This document shows positions 38,727 to 53,145 of a stretch of 64,000 nt of DNA, one piece after another. The DNA comes from Bugula neritina (Eukaryota > Animalia > Bryozoa). Position 1 is the first letter of the stretch. The number at the start of each line of letters is the position of its first letter. The notes under the pieces were generated by a model that saw only the letters and a program-made list of their open reading frames with translations, searched no databases and was not told the origin of the DNA. The stretch is from the NCBI GenBank assembly GCA_964035545.1, contig OZ037765.1, positions 3,730,698 through 3,794,697 on the forward strand. Reading direction: 5' to 3'. Position numbers and translations under genes: made by a program.

Positions 38727-41700
38727 TGAAGCCAACTTCTAGTAATGCATATTGATATTATTTCTACTATTTCTACCCATCAGTAATTCTTTATTTTCAC
38801 CCTTGAAAAAATACTCGCTGGTAAATACTGAATAATTTTAAACTGGGTTTAACTGGAAATTAAAATTTGCTTTCATTGGTTATTGCTAAGTAAGTGTAGG
38901 CTTGTAAGCAAATCTGCCTACTAATAATTTGCTTGACAAGCTATTTATTTTTAGGCTCTTAATACCTTGGCTTGTAGATTATAGACTGCTTATTGAAAAA
39001 AGGTTATTATCTAAAACTGGCCAATTTTATCGCATTACTTTACTTGAAAAACAAAATTGGTAGTTAATAGACTTTATATGATTCATTATAGGTCTGTATA
39101 GGGCCCTGCACTGCAGATAGCACCCATTACAGATTAATAGTTTTGAAACTATACTAGCCTTCTCATACTCAAAGTGCAGCCGAGATCATTTTAAACAAGA
39201 GACTTAAATATTATAACCAGTCTTTTTCAAATATGTATCCTTTACATAGAAGAAGACAACTACATATGATAAAAACTGATGATGTAATGAAAAGTTGGAA
39301 CTGGCTGAGGTTGAAGCTAGAACAGATGGTGAGGAAATATTGGATTTAATAAACTTGTTCCTATTAGGTTTTCTGATTCAACTATATACAGCTTTCAAGA
39401 GAATATTCCAACACCAAAACTGCAGCAAATTCATTGCATTTAAACACTTATGGCTGTATGCAGTGCTACTGTCAACAGAATATCATTTAGGCAAGTTTTC
39501 ATTTTTACAGGATGAACATTAATGAGTGTAAGCTGCTGCCATCTGCCTTTACTTAAAATCTCCTTCATCAACCATTGAGATTAGCAAGTTTTACAAGATA
39601 ATTTTAAGAAGCAAAATTTGATACCATCTCAGCCATTAAAACTTCCATTATACTTTGAAGTTATACTAAAATTATATTATATAGTAGAATCAAAGTATTA
39701 GTACTGAATTTACTATGTTGATAATATTTCTTACAGAAATAAGATAACCTTTATATTATTACCTATTTTATTATTTTTCATGTAAAACTACATGTAATAC
39801 AGAAATGAAGGCTTCTCACTCACCAGGGCATTTGACTACCGACATTTGACCTTTTAACAAAAAAGTGTGGCTATCCCTGAGCCAGTAGCCATGTGATTTA
39901 ATTTAAGCTGGACACTACTTGAACTATTATGTAACTTTTATATGAATTGTGGCCATCACTGTTTTTGCATCAAGCAACAGTACAGTTACAGCGCTGTAGA
40001 GGCAGCACTTTATGACCTATATTACGTACTGCGTAGTAGCGAGATTGCAGCTGTGCTTAAAAATAGGTTTATAGATTACTGCGACCAGTTAAACAATCTT
40101 TTTCATAGCATGCTTGTTTAGATTCTTAGAAACTTTTCAACTACTTAATGAGTGAGAGTTGGGTTTGCAGGCAGCTGGTAGTAAAATGCAACAAAACCCT
40201 TTAAGCAAGGAATAGTGTGATATTTATTCACAATTACAATTTATTATTGATAATCTAAATCACTTATATATATATAATTCAATAACCCAACAGGTAATTA
40301 ATTATTATTTTATACATGCAAATTGTGAATATAGGCATTGGCAAATGTTAAAATATTTAATATAATTTTGATTTGCAGATATTATGCAATAGTCAAATTA
40401 TTTTTTGTTAATTAATTTAATCTCATTAGCACCATTTATTTGTCAAGCAAACAGTTTGTAACTTTGCTATTGTTTTCAAATAACTTAAAGTAGATCCTTG
40501 CCTTCATGACCTGTTGATAATGATATAGACTAAAACTTTACGGAAAAACGACTTTCAACTTTTAGCTCAAGTTTTTATTTTGCTGACAAATATATTGATC
40601 ATGACATAATTTAGGAATTAATTAATCTTACTCCAACTGCATAACAACATAAAATAGTCAATTAAAGTTAAGGATGAATTTCTAAACTGACCATTATACA
40701 TACTGTAGCTGCTTTTCATGAGATTGGATTCGGGATTCTATTACTGATGTGTTCAGTTTATTCTACTAATCACAGTTATGAAACTGTAAAGTGATTAAAA
40801 ATAGCGAAATTATTAGCCTATAGTATTATTATAATAACACTTCACTAAAATGTATTGCAGGTGATTTAACTAGAATTGCTACAAACTCTCAATTGAAATT
40901 AACAATTGCAGCTTAAAAATAACAAAATACATCTCTTTCACTTTTTCTGAGGAAAGTTATTTTTAGATGTATGAGATTTACACAAATGTAAGTTTACAAG
41001 AAGCACAGCACAACCTCTTTATTGGAAATTTAGGATCAAACTGGTTTTTTTAAAGAAACAAACTGAGGCAATGAGAATATTGCAAATTGTGACGGCAGCA
41101 GCATCATGCACCCTTATCTCCTCCTTCTCAATGTTGTTTGTCTTATTATGAAAAAGTGAATTTAGAATAAACCAGATAGATAGTTATATATAGGTAAATG
41201 TGTGACTGTGACTAAATTAGCAACCAGGTTACTACAAACAAATGGATAATAAGTTTAAAAAAGAAATTTTCTTTTCGAAAACTTTGCATATATGCATAAA
41301 ATGACTGGCTGTAAAATATCAAGTTGTTGAAATGCTTGCAGCAACCTCTTCCACTGTGAGGATCAACAGCAGCGGTGGTGACGTATTTGAAAATACAAGT
41401 AGTGCCAAGTTTACTAAAGAATAGCTGAGCCACTCAAACTTAAACTATAATACAGGCCATAGTCTAGCACTGAAATTCTAGAACACAGGCTTTTCTCATT
41501 TTCTCCATTGCTGCACCTACTTCAAATCTGCAGCTAAAAACGTTCATCGTATAGATGTACAGCACTAGTTGTTATTACTAGCCCTATAGCACAGAAACAA
41601 ACATATAAATTACTCAATTCGAATACGAGTATTAAGAGGCCATGCAACACAGTTTCTACTAATTTTAGTGCTTATAGCCATTGCCCAAGGTCAGCAACTA

Positions 41701-42199
41701 AGTTATTCTCTATAACTGAACCCAAAACCTGTTTGTTTTCAATGAGATACAATTAGTCAACAAAACATTACTGAGCATTTGAGTATTACTAAATTACTTG
41801 AAATATTGAACCAATTTTCATTTCTTAGATGCATGGTTGTTATTAAACTTAGCAATATCTGCTTTCTACCCTGGCTTGCCATTCTAAAAAGTAAAAACTA
41901 GTAAACAACAGCTGGCGTCCTGCAGTATAAGTTGTCTGTGTAAATTTGCAAACATACAATTTTCAGATGTAATTTTTAAACATTTAATTTAGGAAATTTG
42001 AAAAAGCAGCTCAATTTACTCAAAAATTCAAAAGGTGAAAGAAAATAATACCCACTACAGAATATACACAACTAATTATTGCAAACTGTATGTATTTCGC
42101 AGTACAACATATAAAGGAATGTATATGTATCATGATGATAGCTAAGATATTATGGAAAATGTAATGGGTTAAATTTACATGATTTATTGCAGAAAAAAC

Positions 42200-43310
42200 T
42201 GTCCTTCAAATCCAACCTCAACCTCTACTTGACAAGGAACAGACACCAGCAACGATGTCTAATTGAGGTTCTGGATACAACCAGGCAGACCTAGCAGCCA
42301 TTGATTAACACCGAATTTCTATACATACTCAATGAATAACAATTAGAACAGTCTATATAATGTGCACAAATCTTAAATCGCTTTTATAAATAAATCTGAA
42401 CTTTCTTTCAACTTGCACTGGAAAGATAATATGACTTGTGGTTACTATACTAGAGTATAAGACAAGTATATAAAGAATTTCAACTATACTCTAAACCAAA
42501 ATATACCAAGAAAGAATTAAAGAGCTTCAGCTATTAAAATGTTGCCACTACTGCACCTATATGCCATGGAGGTGGATGTAGGGCAGACACAAATCAATAC
42601 ATTAGCATTTGCTGGTGATATAGCGCAGGTAACAAGTGAAGAGGAACTGCAACTGAGAATAAACCTGTGGGATGCGACTTTCAACAAGTATGGAATAAAA
42701 GTCAACTACAGAAAAGCAGAGATACTGGTGTTTAGTCATCATTAAATAAATACCAACATTTAAGTACTTGGGTATTGCTACAAGGTGTGGCTTATAGTAA
42801 GTATGTGTAGAGGATACCAACAGAATAGACAAATTCTCTACTAATGTCAAACTAAACTATAAAAAACATTTTGGCATATCTTATAAAGTTAAGCAAATTA
42901 TATGTATATAGGCATGATATGACTAATATTGGTTTACAGAACTGCATGCATGAAATGCTCCTATCAAATTCTATAAACAATTTTGATATCTCAGACAAAA
43001 TAGCGAACTATATGCAGACCTAGGCATTGAAGAACTGAAAAACTCAATCGAATACAGCTAGTTAATTATAGTACCGACATATCTGGAGATAAAATGAAAA
43101 ACATCCAACACAACTATCAAAAGCAAAATTAATAGAAAACATCCACAGGAAGATTCCAGAAAAGATGTGCATTGTTGATACAATTGTTGATACAAAATGA
43201 CGTCAGTCTGAAATGAGTAGAACTGATAATAGTATATACATTAGGACAGAGATAGTTGGGAAAACCCGAGTTGTTCTGTTAGACAAGTCTGGGCATTGAC
43301 AAGAGTTTTG
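42200..43310 (+). mobile_element. Decayed non-LTR retrotransposon (RTE-like) reverse-transcriptase fragment
   Basis: INTLAFAGDIA (degenerate FADD)...EEELQLRINLWDATFNKYGIKVNYRKAEIL followed by FKYLG; outer boundaries approximate. Confidence 0.8.
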
Positions 43311-43597
43311 TGGGAGACAGGTATTGAAGCAGCCTATCATGTGATGCCATATGGGTTGTAAACATTATATAGAAAAGTAGTGGACATCATGCTAGATTCC
43401 TTATATGATGTTTAAAATAATTACTTCACTAACGTTATTTTTTTTTCTTTATAATAGTGCAAACGACTTCTATAAAAAAAGACAGCTATTGAGTATTGTG
43501 AGGTTTCACTGTAGAGTATTTAACTCTGACTGAGGTTGTATATACTAATGAGTAAGTGTGTCACTGGGTTGCATGGAATGGTTAACTGGTTCTTTAC

Positions 43598-43711
43598 TTA
43601 TCTTATATGCCGTGAAACCTAAATTAACCCAAATTATACCAATACAGAAACAAAATACAAACAAAACAATAAATGTAGGTAGTGTAAAATAACTATGGTG
43701 GAATACAAAAC
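43598..43711 (-). CDS. Candidate transmembrane exon for the 53-kb V-domain gene
   Basis: Acceptor cctgtattccag, donor gtaaag, 114 nt, phase 1-1; GFVFHHSYFTLPTFIVLFVFCFCIGIIWVNLGFTAYKI. Confidence 0.4.
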
Positions 43712-45486
43712 CTGGAATACAGGAATTTATGAGACAAAATATGAAATTAAATAAATGAAACTCTACTGACCTTTGCTCTCCTGCTGACACACTATAATTA
43801 TTATGTTATGCGACATTTATGACTACTAACAACAGAGATCTGAGAGTGACTGATCCCAAAGCTGCAACTAAATCCAGTACACATCCGTCAGTTGGCTACA
43901 TGACAAAACTTCCATTGCCATTAAATTACAAGCCATTTAAAAGCCACACAAGCAAACATGGATGAGGTGCAACAGCAAGTTGCGCAGCAGGCAATCCATA
44001 AACCCGCATTTCCCTAACCACAAAGCCTGGGGGATAGCCGAGTGAACTAAGAGATGACTATTATATCTTTACAGCAGCAATTATTCCTATAAGTCAAGTT
44101 GATATAATATTTCTGCAGGCAGCAGTCAATTGTAAAATGCTCCTGCAGTAGGCAGCATTGTTGTCACCTTTAAATTTTAATGACATCACAGCTAACTAGT
44201 GATAATAGATTCAATTTTGGTTTTGATTTGCCAATGAAATTTCCAAAGGTTAAAAAGTTTCATTTGAGAGCACAAAAGTATATTATACCATTTTAATTTT
44301 TTCTATGAAGATATAAAGCCTAAGCTTCAGATGTTTTAGCATTTTTATAAAAATGATAAAATTTGTTTTTGCATGTCATTACTTCTTAATTTGATTGACT
44401 ATTTCTATCTCGCTGTGGCATATGCTATATTTTATGTTTAAAATGGCAAACTTATATAATAGTTTTTGTTATATTTTTTTTAGAAACTTTGAAAAACAAT
44501 GAAATATAGACATAGTAAGAGAAATAGTTAATCATAGATAAAGAGAAATAAAGCCAATATCAAGTAAAACAATCCTGTTTTTTAAATTTTTAACCAATTT
44601 TCACACATTTCCATCTTTCACCTTATTATTACAATTAGTCTTATAAAATAAAATAGCCTCAACTTTGGACTTTTGCAAGTTACTCTTTACGTGCTCAATG
44701 ATTAAGTATCTGATTGATGAGCTATATTTTACTAGATACTATGGTTGAAATCACCACTCATCAATATACTGAGCTTTACTATTAGTTTTGTGTGTTTTCC
44801 AGCCCTATATAGAAGTAAGCAACTGCTGCTTTGACAGGCACTAAAAGTGATGTTACATCTTCTGCAGATAAACTACTTGTCTACTAAAATTAGCATTCAT
44901 ACAAGAAATGATAAGTTTATCTTATCACAGCTAACTGTCAAACTCCTTCTTATAGCAGACGTAGAATAGCAAAAGGTTATAGCAGCAGTTTGTACTGGTT
45001 AATATAATAGAATAGGAATTAGAAACAACTTATAGGTAATGAGTAACAGTTGAGTCAGAAACTTTCACTGGTGATAACTGGTCTTTCTTTTAGCTAAATG
45101 CTTGAAAACAGCTTTAGAGTTATTAAATCTACACTAGCTAAACTTGGTTAATATATTTTAAAAAGTTATGTAATACTGTCAGGTATGACAATCTTATGGT
45201 TACTAAAAGCGTATAAAACATATTTTAGTAAAAAAACGGCTGTCCATGCTGCCTCTCTGGGCTAAATTTAGGTTCAGACTATGTTTAAAAATATACTTTA
45301 AGCAATTTTTAAACACTGTCAAACCTAAAGATAATAATAGGTTTTGTATTTTTGACAGTTAATGAGATGTAAATCAAAAAAAGAATTTACCACATTTGCT
45401 ATAAAATTGGAACCCAGTCTGCATTATTTGTGTGTGCTTAGCAACCATGTAATCTAAATCAGTGGCTTCTGCTAGTGTAATAACCA

Positions 45487-45590
45487 CTTAGGTGTATTAA
45501 CAACTTAGGTGTATTAACAACTTAGGTATATTAACAACACAGGTGTATTAACAACACAGGTGTATTAACAACTTAGGTGTATTAACAACA
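45487..45590. repeat. 17-bp tandem repeat, 6 copies (cttaggtgtattaacaa)
   Basis: Directly visible, with cac/ctt variants. Confidence 0.95.
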
Positions 45591-48500
45591 TATGTGTTTG
45601 AAGTTTACTTGCTTTTAGGTAATCCAATTCATATTTATTTCATCAATTGAAACAAAACATATTATTTACTCACAAATCTATAATATTTTATTGATCTCTT
45701 TTCTAGATGGATATGATATTGAATAACCCATCCAAAATTGTCAAGTAGTACAATAATGGTATTTAGGCAAAAGCAAAACTGTGCAATACATTTCTACTAT
45801 TTATAATGCATGTCTTATTACATCAGAACAAAGCTAAGATTATTGTATTAAAGCTGCTTGTAAAAATAATTAGGCCTACTACATGTTCTATAGAAACTCA
45901 TGTGCAATAAAGTAGAGTGTTAAAACACAGTATATTGCTATTAGTTTTATGTTTGTTTAGCAAATTGTGCTGCATAATAACAATATGCAGTATTTTCTTA
46001 TTTCATCTTAAAATTAGGCTGTTATTTTCCACACTACTACAATTCAATATTTTTCTATTCACTTATTTTTCTAACCTAAAATTATATTATTATTTTAATT
46101 CCATTTTTAACCTCGATCTGTAATACGATACTATTTATAATTATTACTCACTCTAAAACTCATAATGTTACGCTATACTAATTATTCTACATTCTTAAAC
46201 TATTTATCAGGTATAATGTTATTTACAAGATTTTTTATCAACAGTTAAATTATTTTCACAATGCACAAGGTAAATGCTGATAATAAAACTTGATATTTAG
46301 AGTTCAATTATATTAGTTATGCTTTCACATAAGTGGTATAAATAATTTTATCAAGCCAGCTATTTTAGATAATTAGATTAAATTTTTGTAGCTTTTATAA
46401 ATAAATTCATATTGGTATCAAATCACAGAAGGTATAGATGTAGGAAAGAATGCAATGTACAGCTGACATACAGTAAAATGCTGCCTACTTGTCTCCCCCA
46501 TACTGGCCATGAAACAGACTTATACAGGTTTATAGGCTAAATACAATTACCAAGCATTAATTATTTTAGTTATTAAAATATATTGAATCTTCAGATTGCA
46601 TTACTATATACTGTTTTAATAAACAACTGTATAAATAGACAGAAAATAGTAACTTTGTTAAAGTAATTTTATGGTTTTGAAGTAGACTATACTAACTAGG
46701 CAAATAGTCTCACTGAACTTTTCAACTAATTCATATAACATTATTTATTCAATATAAAAGTAGAGTTGATCAAGTGACCTATTAAAACAATTATTTGTTA
46801 GTAGAAAGTTCCCTTTCTGTATTAATTTATGTAGGAATATTGATTTGTTAAATATTATCCTGTAATTGATATATATAGTTGGAATGAAGCCGAATGTTTA
46901 CACTAGTGCAAGCGAGTTTCAAACAGCTATTGTGATCAGACACAGCAATGCTAAAAACCTGCATAATGTTCTTTATACAAAATATATTAATATAATAAAT
47001 TATGTATAATATAATATTGTATATAAGAAATATTAAATATAAAATATATTATATTTTACTAAATTACATTCAATGATAAATCCTTTGTATTGTATAAGTG
47101 TACTCATGGTAATAACGTAACTTGTTTCTAACAATATTATACAGGCAAAGTTCTTGCTCATTTAAATTGATTGAAACTTTTAATCTTGTATTTAAAAAAT
47201 TACCATACTTAATTTAAAAGATGGGCTCAAGTGTGATGAGCAGACTACGCAGTTGCATGATGCAACAGATAAAAAGTAGATTATAGAAGTCCAGCAATCT
47301 TAAGACTTAAAAGTCCCTGTTTTTCATACTATCTATAGTTCTACCATTTATATTCTCATAATTTAGCAGCTGGAATAGTTTAAAAGCAATTCACACTTTG
47401 AATAAAAAATTTTTTTTTGCCCAGTTGCTTATATACATAAAGGAATAAAATATTTAATATAATTATCTACGTAAAATGTTTAAAATTGTACTCCTCTAAA
47501 TCCTTTTCTATACATTTTAAATATTTTGACAAGATTTTCTCAGCAATTGTTTTCAATAAAATGCAGTGCAGGAGTAACTTTGGAATCCTGCCAACAACCT
47601 GAGTAACAAAACAAGCAGATCCAACTAATGTTGACAAATTTCTAGTGCCTTGTGCTAAGTGAACTTAATGCAATAAAATGGTGTACACACCATACTGCAG
47701 GCAGATAAATCACATAAAAAGCTTCATATAGATTATTTTGTTGAAGTAAGCAACTATAAACTGTAACTTGCAGCTTTACTCACTGTATACGTTTTTAGAG
47801 TTATATGTCAAACAGACATGAAATATTCTATTATGCTAACCATAAAATTACTAAACAAAGTTGACAAAAAGGCCAAATTGGATAAAATACAATTGGTTTG
47901 TTTAAGCAATAAACATTAGCCAAAATAGGCATAACGATTTTCATCAAAATTTAACATGTTTCTTCAGTAGGATTATCATAAAGAAGTTTTATTTTGTAAA
48001 AAAACAAGTTAGCTAGTTGAGTGGTGCAGGGAGAGTGAAGCCAGGATGTACATAAAAATTAGTTATTTAGCTGAAAGCTTTTCATAGTAATTTTTCTGAA
48101 AGCTATATATAATACAACACCCGGCACCTCCCAATATATAAGCCCCTTTATAAACTTTGCTGTCCCCTATATTCTATAAAACTGCACGACGTTATTGTCG
48201 GCTAAACTAAGTTAACTGATTAAAAGGTTGTGCGAATAATACTATTTAATAATATATTAATATATCAATATTTGGAAATCAATCACCATCTAGTTTTTAT
48301 AGCCAGAAAAAAATCAATGTATAGAGAACAAGCTTTATTTGCTATTTATATGCTGTATGCAAAAAAACAGAGATGGTGTATACATAATACAACACTTTAA
48401 CATAATGCTTAGATTCTATATTATTGTATCTTAATTATTTTATTGCATTCAAATTTTCAAAGCCAACTAACTAAATGTTAACTAAACATACCCAGCTAGT

Positions 48501-49772
48501 AAAAACTTGCACAGCAGTACTATTTGGAATCGTGTTATCTTGACACATGAATTCAATAAATATATTCTTCTGCCACTATTGGTTAATATCCCTCATCAGC
48601 TTGCATATTATTGGCTAGAAAGTTTTCAAGCAGTCACATGACTGAAAGCCACTACGGCAAAGCTATAGTGTTAATATATCAGTAAAGGAAGTCTCCCAGG
48701 CTACATGTACCTTGGCCACTTTCATAGCTATATATAGAACCATTTTATTTTACAGCTTTAAGCTATATGGCCTTAGTAATCAAAGTTGCATTGCCACTTA
48801 TAATTAGGAAGGCAGCAGAAATGACTCTAACACTATAATATAACACACTTGGAGTTATAAGTATTTTTATTGTAATCTAACACACGCACTACCATAACAG
48901 AGATAGATCTTGAGCTAATAGCTTAATTGACTAACACTGGTGTATCCATGACTAATCATGAGGTGAGAATAGACTAAAGCTTCAATTTGCAATGAGTTCA
49001 AGAGTTCAACTGCACTGTATCAGTAAACACTAAAACATAGCATAGGGCAATATTATGGGTGTTGATGTAGATTTTAATAAATATTTTCTTATACCACAAA
49101 TTTCTTTAAAAAAATAGATAACAATCAAGCATTTGGTTTTTCACAACCAATATAATGTTAAGTTAAATAAACCTTTAATTCACGTATTTGAACCATACAT
49201 AAGGCTCTGTGAGCATTACTATTTTTCAATCCCTTAACCAACATTACAATTAAATACTCTAAAAGTTGCTAAGAATTTATCAACCAGCCTCTGCACTGCA
49301 AGTCAATCACCACAAGTAGGTGATAGAGTCACTGACCAGCATTTAAATATTCATACATATTAAAACTAAATAACCCGCTATCAATATAAAGTATTAGCTT
49401 AAATAATTTCCTCACAAACACAAAAACTAAGTTAGAAAATAAGTTATAAGAAACATGTCTATGCAGAGAGTATAATAAATGTGGATATTATCCAGGGAAA
49501 ATATTATATAATATCTTTAAAATACTCAAAATTGAGATAAGCAAGTTCATCTGACTAAAAATTTGTACAGACTACGTTCTATATATTCTTAGAGAATGAG
49601 AAGTGGGAAAGTGATTGAAGCTTTAGCACGTATGCTGATCAACAGTCAGTTGCTTTTTATAAAAGACCCTTATAAGCTTAGCAAGTCAGCCTTCTCTTGA
49701 TATATTGAAACTCCTTTGTGAGCTGCTCATGTATGTAGCTCCCCTGTATGCAAAATTTAAGTTTATATTTAT

Positions 49773-52700
49773 GTTAGTTTTTAAAAACATAATTTAAACA
49801 GTTTTTAAAATAGTGTCAAGCCCAAAATACAATTTTAGATTTCATGATTGAATATTTGATTTTATTTTACAGCTCAACAAAAACAGGGGTTTACTAAAAG
49901 AATGGAATTTAGTTTTTATTATTAAAGTCTGTTAAGTAATAAGTAAGATCACTACAATGTAATGAACTGGTAACAATTTAATCTAAATTATAATCCTCCA
50001 TTACACAAGTAAAAAACGGCAAATGAATTAACGGCTCAGCAATTCACATATACATGTATATAAACTACTACAGCTTTCAACACTGTCACACACAGTTATT
50101 CTGCTCCATATATCTGATTATATATGACCCATTATTCAATATGTCCTATATAATAGTCCGAAGGTAGCCAACAGAACTCTTAGCTGTATGTACACTGACT
50201 CATACAGATACACTTACAGCTACTACTACATTTCATCACTCAATATTTACTCACAACTCACAGCTACAGAAGAAGTACACAAATTATCTTATTTTACAAA
50301 AAGCATTACAAATTCTTGTACCACTTTCAATGCAAGCTATCATTTAAAGCACAAGAAACTTGTAACCGACTATGAAAGCGATAATTAGAGTTAAATATAA
50401 TATTATATACTCCAAATTTTTTAATTTACAGTACATATAATATTATATCTGAAGTATTTATTCAGAGTTTCAAATATGCCAGTTTAATAGCAAGAGTTGA
50501 CGTATATCAAGTGTATTGTATCAATCATTGACCTATAATACTAAAAAATACTCAGTCCTGTTTATTCTTACTGAAATCATTTAATACTTTGAAATTTGAA
50601 GAACATTTATCAATTGAACCTACAATAGCCCTATAATATAGGGCAGCTAATAGCCAGTGTAGACCAATTAAGTTCATTGAGTAGTGTTCTATTATTACAA
50701 GAAGCTGCGAAATAGTTTCTAGAGTTTGCAAATATGGCAGTCAAGAAAGAATTTAAAATAGATATTGCAATGTGTGCAGTAACATATTAGTGGGTACCAG
50801 AATAGAATGCCTAAAGAATACTGAATTGAAATTTGCAATTTTTAATGCTTTAAACTTACCCAAACAACATCTCAGGAAAGTGAAGAAGGCAATAAGTCAT
50901 TAAACTCCACACCTCATGTGGTGATAAAATACCAACCAGTAAGCATTACTAACTCAACTAGAATAAACTTACTGATCAAAGAGTTAGTCATAATAAAAAG
51001 TTAATACTGCACTCAGTGACCTTAGTCAAGGACACAATTTGGCAGATCAGTCGAAAAGTACTCAGATATACGAATAATCAGGTTCATATGAGTATCCAGC
51101 TGTCCTGAAGCAAGTGAACCTTTGGCAAAAATGAGAAGAAAATTTCAAATAAGCACTGATCGAAAATTGAGCTATAGAATAAAGACTAGACTAAATAGCT
51201 GCCACCAGCAGATGAATTGGCTATAAATGTAGAGGCTTAGCCGATGCTGACTGAACATTCTGAAAGGATGTAAGCTGTAAGTGCTCTACAAGAGTAATAA
51301 CATGTAATGTAAAACTTTTTTTTGTTTTTGCAGCTCTGCATTATATAGCTGCAGGTAAAAGTTCCGTTGTGCTGATGGCTATGCCATCTTGCTTATCTAT
51401 CATTATATATACTTATTTAAATAATGATATAGTGGATAACTTATTCACATGTTTAGAAATAAAATTGTATCAATTAAATAAGTAAATAAAAGTTTAAACA
51501 CCTTTATCTAATATACTTAAAGTGAGAACACAGCAATCGGACATTCAAATTTTCAAACAGGGAAATAAGGATTTGATTGAAAAATATTTTATAACAATTT
51601 TGTTGCTCCAATCAGTGTGTTGTACTTGCTTTTATGACCTTTTAATAATAATATAGACTAAAAATTTGCAAAAAAGTTATTTGCAATTTTTAGATCAAGT
51701 TTCTATTTTGTTGGCAAATATATTTAGATTAGATAATATAATTTCGCAATTATTTAATCTTACCTCAACAGCAATAACATAAAATAGTCAATCATGTTAC
51801 ATGCAGCTTTAGAGTCAAGTATAGATTTCTAAACTGACATATATAATATATGCTGTAACCACCCTCATGAGAATAGAAGAGATTCTAAATTACTGATGTG
51901 TTCAGTTTATTGTACTAATCACAACTATAACGCTGCCATGTGATCATCAGTAGGGAACAATATCATTATAGTATTATTATAGTAACACTTCATTTTATGT
52001 ATATTGTAGGTGATTTAATTAGAACTATAACTACAAGTACTTCTAAAATTTTTAGCTAATTCTAAAAAGTTTTATTTTTTAACAATGCTATATTGGAGCT
52101 ATTTATGAGGATACAAAGCCTAAGCTATATAGGTGTTTTAATACTTTTATAAAAAAGCATGAGTTTTGTTCTTTTATTTTGTTACTTCTTGATTTAATTG
52201 ACTATTTTTATCTCACTGAACAGTGGTATTTTATGCTTATAATGGCAAACTAAATTTTCACATCACAATTTCAAAGAAATTGAAAAATATAATGAAACAG
52301 ATAATTAATAAGGATCATTATGAATTATAGGTGATCAGAAAAAAAGCCAATCTTGAATAAAACAACTCAGTTATTTAGATTTTTGTTGTACAATTGATGT
52401 TCATGCATTTTCAGCTTCACATTTTTATTTCAATTAATCATATGAAATGAAATAGCCCAACTTTAGACTTTTGTGAGTTATTCATTGCAATTAATAACTA
52501 GGTATCTGACTGTTAACTATCATATCCGTTTTACTAACCAGCAATATCAATTTAATTGGTAAACTGAGCTTTACTGTGTATTGCAATTTCAGTGGCTCTT
52601 AGCCAATTTATGCAGTTTTTATCTCATTAAGCCGTCTAATTCCTTTTAGCATCTTTGGAATAGCAAAAAATTATAGTGGGCAGTTTGAACTGGTCAATAT

Positions 52701-52960
52701 ATTAAAATTTCTATAGCAATCAACATTGATTAGCAACAAGCAAGTAATAAGTCTATAGCATGGCAGTGCATGGAGCCGGGAAATTTGGTCTGTTTTAGCT
52801 TTAAGCTAGAAAAAACAACTTTGAAGTTCTATAGTCTGCACTAGTTTTGCTTGGCTACTATATTATTTAAAAAAGCTATATAATGCAGCCAGATATAATA
52901 ATCTTATAATTGTTACTAAAAGCAGAAAACAACAGATTTTATTAAAACAAGTTCACTGTC
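49773..52960 (+). repeat. Segmental duplication copy B (compact form)
   Basis: Colinear with copy A at 34980-45250 but lacking its three extra segments. Confidence 0.9.
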
Positions 52961-53145
52961 CCTTATATATTTTTTGGATAAATGTGGATCTATCGATCAG
53001 ACCTAAACCAATGATATATCCACTATAATTAAAAATGTGGATTTTTCAACCTTGTATAATCAATTACACAACAGTGCTTTTATTATTTAATTATTATACT
53101 TAAAATTAAGGGTTAAGTAATATTTCATATTTTTTGTAAACTTAC

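Larger units (their letters stand above)
34980..45250 (+). repeat. Segmental duplication copy A (blocks about 34980-37040, 40500-40885, 44230-45250)
   Basis: Colinear matches to 49773-52960, e.g. ctcttagctgtatgtacactgactcatacagatacacttacagcta, gtgaagaaggcaataagtcattaaactccaca, ttactgatgtgttcagtttatt, aaagcctaagct. Confidence 0.9.

Noticed and set aside
40967-41171. Plus-strand remnant ending CDGSSIMHPYLLLLNVVCLIMKK*, resembling the toxin's GPI-like tail
   Set aside because: Upstream sequence has stops in all frames and no recognisable actinoporin motifs; the similarity is too short to support.
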